42,974 bases of DNA from Candidatus Woesearchaeota archaeon. Lineage in GTDB: Archaea > Nanobdellota > Nanobdellia > Woesearchaeales > JASKKU01. The position numbers and the translations under genes are program-made. The notes below the pieces were generated by a model. That model was not told the DNA's origin, did no database searches, and saw nothing but the letters and a program-made list of their open reading frames with translations. Below, one piece after another: positions 38,897-42,974 of this stretch (position 1 is the stretch's first letter; each line of letters begins with the position of its first letter). Location: the NCBI GenBank assembly GCA_030154045.1, contig JASKKU010000004.1, forward strand, positions 1 through 42,974. The letters are read 5' to 3'.

Positions 38897-40222
38897 TTAC
38901 TTTCTAGATTTTTTTAGTAAAAGGTATCTTGAAAATAGCTTAAAAATACGAAACAAAACAAAAGGGTTTGAATAAAAAATCAGCGTTGCTAACTTCTTTC
39001 TGAACTTATCTTTTTTAGAACCAAAATCTTCAAAATTAACCTTTTTGAAGTCGATATTTTTCTTTTTCACTTTTTCATATAAAGCTGAGCCGGGGAAAGG
39101 TGATACTGTATAAAAGTTGGCGAAGGTTAAGCCTAACTTAGATGCAGTTAATGCGTCCTTTATAGGATCAGAGCCATAGCCAATTAAGAAATGACCAAAA
39201 ATTGGAATCCTATGTTTATTTGCTAATTCTATCTTCTGGATTATTACTTTACTCTTTTCTTTTTTATTCATTTTCTTTAACGCGGAATCGCTAAAACTTT
39301 CAATGCCAAACCCTATGAAGAAGACTCCTGCTTCTGAAAACAGTTTTGCTTGCTCTTCAGTTAACAAGTCTGACCTGGAATTACACACAAAAGTAATATT
39401 TAAAGGTTTAATTGCTTGAAGTAAACTGACTAAAAAATCGTTATCATCATTAAATGTCTCGTCAAAGAAGTAAAAGAAGTTAATACCTTTCTTTTTTAGG
39501 AACTTTATCTCATCAACTACATCAGCAACATTCCTTTTCCTAACTTTATGTCCGAAATAAAAAGGCACTACGCAAAAGTCGCAGTTGAATGGACAACCTC
39601 TGCCTGTTTGAATTAAAGCATAAGGTTCATTAATTATAGGAATCTTGTATCTTTTTACCTTTACTAGGTGCCAAGAAGGCATTTTGATTTTTTTTAAGTC
39701 TAGACGATTTGGCTCGTTGTTTGCCTTTATTTCTCCTTTCTCTCTATAAGCTAGTCCTTTGATTTTAGTAAATTTTATTCCTGAGCATAATTCTAAAGCA
39801 GGCATTTCTGGTTCATAAAGCAGAATATAATCAATAAAAGGCTGTTTGTTAAGAATCTCTTTATAAAAATAAGTTGAATGAACCGACGTTAATGCTATTT
39901 TTGCATTAGTTTTTGATTTAATCTCTTTTAAAAATTCTAAATCCGATTCAATAGTTGGCGTCGATGTTGTAGAGATTATTAATTCAGGTTTGAACTGTTT
40001 TAATACTTTTGAAAAATCTTTTCTCTTTTCTACATTGAAATCAAAAATTTTTACTCGAATGCCATTCTTTTCAAGTAAAGTTGCAGTATATAGCAAAGTT
40101 AAAGGATGAAAAACTGTATGAATCTTAGATGCTTTATGTTGGCATCTAGTTTCTCTTATGAACCTAGAACTAAAAGGTGGATTAATTAATAGAACTTTAT
40201 TGAAGCGGTTATTTGTTTTCAT
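38897..40222 (-). CDS. Cobalamin-binding radical SAM protein (class B methylase/BchE/HpnJ-like)
   Basis: LLINPP...PLTLLY B12-domain start; GRGCPFNCDFC; DETF; GIES; PFPGSALY. Confidence 0.9.
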   Translation of the reverse strand: MKTNNRFNKVLLINPPFSSRFIRETRCQHKASKIHTVFHPLTLLYTATLLEKNGIRVKIFDFNVEKRKDFSKVLKQFKPELIISTTSTPTIESDLEFLKEIKSKTNAKIALTSVHSTYFYKEILNKQPFIDYILLYEPEMPALELCSGIKFTKIKGLAYREKGEIKANNEPNRLDLKKIKMPSWHLVKVKRYKIPIINEPYALIQTGRGCPFNCDFCVVPFYFGHKVRKRNVADVVDEIKFLKKKGINFFYFFDETFNDDNDFLVSLLQAIKPLNITFVCNSRSDLLTEEQAKLFSEAGVFFIGFGIESFSDSALKKMNKKEKSKVIIQKIELANKHRIPIFGHFLIGYGSDPIKDALTASKLGLTFANFYTVSPFPGSALYEKVKKKNIDFKKVNFEDFGSKKDKFRKKLATLIFYSNPFVLFRIFKLFSRYLLLKKSRK

Positions 40223-40233
40223 TTTTAGCCATT

Positions 40234-40380
40234 TTATTTTTTAATAAAAGCACCTATTATTAAAACAACTCCTATTAAAGCGAATACAAATGTAGAATGA
40301 AAAACAATCCAACGGAAGATTAGCCAGGAACCCAAACTAACTAAAAACATTTTTCCAGCATTAAGTTTTTTTGTTTTCAT
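40234..40380 (-). CDS. 48-aa hydrophobic membrane peptide (not in ORF track)
   Basis: Hand translation MKTKKLNAGKMFLVSLGSWLIFRWIVFHSTFVFALIGVVLIIGAFIKK; GAGGT SD; fills the gap between peptidase and radical SAM genes. Confidence 0.7.
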   Translation of the reverse strand: MKTKKLNAGKMFLVSLGSWLIFRWIVFHSTFVFALIGVVLIIGAFIKK

Positions 40381-40389
40381 TTTTTAACC

Positions 40390-41535
40390 TCAAATTTTAA
40401 GCAGGCCTATTTTCCACAATATAGTCTTAATAAATATTCCTAATAGTATAAAACCATCGCCTTTGCAGATTATTGCTATTACAAATCCTAAAACAATGTA
40501 TGGTGCAAAAGGCATAGTTTTAAATACTGGGACTTCGGTAGTTCCTTTTTCTTTAAATATCTTTTTTATAACTTCAATATTCTCGCTTTCTAAACCAATT
40601 GATTGGTCATAATTGCCGATGATTTCATACTCCTCAAATCCTAAAGCCGTGCTGAGATAATTAAACAAAGAAAAGAAATTTATTCTTTTGAGATTGATTT
40701 TACCGTTTTCTTTTACAGGAACCATCGCTAAGTAATCTCCAATCTTTAATTCGTCTACTTTTTTGTAAGCAATATTTTTATTAAATATTCCTTCTAGAAT
40801 GATCATTCTTAGAAGTATATAAACTACAAAAACTTTGAGCATCTTAAACATTTCTTGTAAGCTTAGGTAATTTGGGAAGTCTAAAAAAAGTCTTAAGAAA
40901 AAAAGTAGAAAAATTAAGACTTTAAACTTAAGTTTGAAAACAACCCTGAAAAAACCTATGATGAATGTTAATATTATTGCAGTTAAAATAATATTTCCGT
41001 TGATTCTAAGAAGACTCATAATCCATTGAAGTATCCAAAGCAATCCGAAAACTCCAATTAAAGAAAAGCTTATACTTTTGGGATTTAATATCTTTTTAAT
41101 TTGATTTAAGTCTTTTTTGTCTAATTTGGTTATGTTTGGAATTATAATTGCAATAGAAATCAAAACTAAAATGTTTGAAAGCAGGCTTAACATCTCAGAA
41201 TTATTTGTAACTACTAAGAATCTGCCTGGAATTACGAAAGATAAAACACCAAAAAGTTTTCCGTCAGCAGGCGCCCAAAGTCCCATTATCCAAAACAAGA
41301 AACCTATTGAAATCCCAAGTATTCCTCTTAGAACATGTTTTGGCAATAGAAAAATCTTTCCATAATTCATAAAAAAAATCACATCTTGGATACAAATGAT
41401 GATTAATGAAAAGATTAATAACAATAACAAGTCTTTATTATATATTTTATTTCTTTTAAAATCGGTGTATGAAATTCGAGCCCCAAAAATTAAAATGAGA
41501 ATTACAAGCATCCAATCAAGTAAAGTTATAATCAT
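40390..41535 (-). CDS. A24 family prepilin peptidase, long EppA-like form
   Basis: SYTDFKRNKIYN (Asp1), GLWAPADGKL (Asp2), extra TM segments, KVDELKIGD, MPFAPYI. Confidence 0.85.
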   Translation of the reverse strand: MIITLLDWMLVILILIFGARISYTDFKRNKIYNKDLLLLLIFSLIIICIQDVIFFMNYGKIFLLPKHVLRGILGISIGFLFWIMGLWAPADGKLFGVLSFVIPGRFLVVTNNSEMLSLLSNILVLISIAIIIPNITKLDKKDLNQIKKILNPKSISFSLIGVFGLLWILQWIMSLLRINGNIILTAIILTFIIGFFRVVFKLKFKVLIFLLFFLRLFLDFPNYLSLQEMFKMLKVFVVYILLRMIILEGIFNKNIAYKKVDELKIGDYLAMVPVKENGKINLKRINFFSLFNYLSTALGFEEYEIIGNYDQSIGLESENIEVIKKIFKEKGTTEVPVFKTMPFAPYIVLGFVIAIICKGDGFILLGIFIKTILWKIGLLKI

Positions 41536-42029
41536 TTTTCGTTCTTAGAGCCACTATTTGAATTGAAACATAAAATATTTGCTTTTTGGTCAAGCCTTGC
41601 AATATCAAAAGGAACTTTAAATATAAGAATTGTAGCGTTATTTTCCTTTTTAACTAAGTAAGGCTTATCTATTGAATATAACCGATATATAGCTGTAGTT
41701 TTATAACGAACAAACCGTTCTAAAAAGAAGTTTTTACAGGAACAATTTACTTTTAAACTTAAAAAGATTTGTTTTTCAATGTTCTCTTGACTTATCTCCT
41801 TGAAATCAGTGCATATAGAAACCTTTTTATTATTAATCGTAATTATGTCTGATAAGTTCTCATTGTTAATGTTATCCTCCAAAAGATTTCTTGGCAGGGT
41901 ATCGTTTATTACTTTATCAGTGATTTTTAAATTAAGATGTATTGGAAAAAAGAGATTCTGGATTATTGAAACCGAAATAAAGAATAAAATGATTGCGCTA
42001 ATTATTTTTAAATGTGTTTTTATTTTCAT
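41532..42029 (-). CDS. Membrane-anchored or secreted hypothetical protein
   Basis: N-terminal hydrophobic helix, four Cys; ATGA overlap with the peptidase gene. Confidence 0.65.
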   Translation of the reverse strand: MKIKTHLKIISAIILFFISVSIIQNLFFPIHLNLKITDKVINDTLPRNLLEDNINNENLSDIITINNKKVSICTDFKEISQENIEKQIFLSLKVNCSCKNFFLERFVRYKTTAIYRLYSIDKPYLVKKENNATILIFKVPFDIARLDQKANILCFNSNSGSKNEK

Positions 42030-42159
42030 TGTTGTTATTTTTTAAATTGGGTATTAATTTAAAAGGATTCCCTTTTTAATTTCTCTCTTTGTATTTTTAT
42101 CTTTTTTTATAAATAAAGCAAATTTTAAAAAAGAGTTTATTCTTTAAATTGACTGAGTC

Positions 42160-42974
42160 ATGCTTATTAAGTCTTTTAAAGCATTGAGGAATTCGTATTT
42201 GTTAGTTCTGGCTTTAATTCTAATTGTTATTCCTTTCGTTTTCTCAGCTACTCTTTATGTTGAAATACACGAACCTGTTTTTGACGGTACTGTCGCATCA
42301 GCTTCCACAACAATTGTTAATGACCCTGAAGCTAATTGTCCTGGCACTCCTGGAACAACTGTTAGTACTAGTTGTACAGACTTTACATACGGTTCTTCAT
42401 GCTGCGTTAGTGAAGGCAATTATATTGCTTATGCATACTCTGATGAAGGAGAGAGTGCAGGCAATAGTGGGATTTTTGTAGAATACACTGTTAATTGGGA
42501 TAATAGTGAAACATATTGTACCTGTAAAGTAGGTTCAGGCCATTGGAATTTAGGTGGTGAAGTTGCTGCAAGTAGTTGTTGTGGCGATGACTCTGGAGAA
42601 TATGTTCGAAATTGTGTAGACAGTACTGATCAAGGCAGTTGTGGTGCTGATACTACAGCATGCTGTAATTCCAATACTGACTGCGTGGATAATTATGGCT
42701 TGTGCGAAAGTAGTGGTGCGTGTTATGGTACACCTATTATGGGAAATAGCTATTGTAATTCAGGTACTTGGGAAAACCCTGACGAAAGTTCAAGTTATTG
42801 CGTTTCTAGTTGTGATTTAACTAGCGGTGATCAGGGCATAGGTTGGAACTTAGGTGGTGAGATTGCAGCAACTAATTGTTGCGGCGATGATCCTAGCGAG
42901 TATTATCGAGTTTGTTCTGACAGTAGTGCTAACGGTGCTTGTGGTAGTGATACTACTGCTTGCTGTAATTCTAA
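42160..42974 (+). CDS. Secreted Cys-rich repeat protein, 3'-truncated by the window edge (not in ORF track)
   Basis: Open from ATG 42160 to the end: MLIKSFKALRNSYLLVLALILIVIPFVFSA...WNLGGEVAASSCCGDDSGEY...TTACCNS...WNLGGEIAATNCCGDDPSEY...TTACCNS. Confidence 0.88.
   Translation, partial: MLIKSFKALRNSYLLVLALILIVIPFVFSATLYVEIHEPVFDGTVASASTTIVNDPEANCPGTPGTTVSTSCTDFTYGSSCCVSEGNYIAYAYSDEGESAGNSGIFVEYTVNWDNSETYCTCKVGSGHWNLGGEVAASSCCGDDSGEYVRNCVDSTDQGSCGADTTACCNSNTDCVDNYGLCESSGACYGTPIMGNSYCNSGTWENPDESSSYCVSSCDLTSGDQGIGWNLGGEIAATNCCGDDPSEYYRVCSDSSANGACGSDTTACCNS
42544..42974 (+). repeat. 300-nt (100-aa) period coding repeat
   Basis: tggaatttaggtggtga at 42544 and tggaacttaggtggtga at 42844; Cys positions conserved. 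Confidence 0.85.

Noticed and set aside
42150-42160. TGACT-G-AGTCA palindrome at the Cys-rich gene start
   Set aside because: Single 5-bp arm inverted repeat; no second copy noticed
42224-42481. 85-aa Leu-rich ORF from the track
   Set aside because: Out-of-frame shadow of the Cys-rich gene starting at 42160
1-42974. Alternative genetic code, introns, inteins or integrated element at the tRNAs
   Set aside because: TGA, TAA and TAG all terminate conserved genes at expected lengths; tRNAs are intronless; no integrase, transposase or tRNA 3' duplication seen

Overview
AT-rich archaeal chromosomal segment, most likely DPANN (Woesearchaeota-like). This assignment rests on a stand-alone Kae1, a bacterial-type Zn-lid Adk, an AMP phosphorylase, an N-terminally extended S14, a short L30, 'ITGF'-motif surface proteins and 'CCGDD' Cys-rich proteins. 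The left part holds housekeeping genes (adk, truD, tRNA-Leu, the rpl44e-rps27e-aIF2alpha-nop10-PAC2 operon, the oapABC/arvABC GTPase operon, pelota, kae1, srp54, thiI) mixed with surface and membrane genes, including a 1447-aa sequon-dense protein. A tRNA-Arg/tRNA-Pro pair and a ~175-nt structured leader precede a complete 24-gene L3-to-L15 ribosomal superoperon that stops without secY. An accessory cluster follows it: a GT-C-like membrane protein, a B12 radical SAM enzyme, a 48-aa membrane peptide, an A24 prepilin peptidase, a membrane-anchored protein, and a divergently transcribed secreted Cys-rich repeat protein that runs off the window. Five genes missing from the ORF track were read by hand (rps27e, nop10, a 56-aa Zn finger, the 48-aa peptide, the Cys-rich protein). 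No CRISPR array, rRNA or mobile element is visible. Family assignments come from motif recognition, not database searches.
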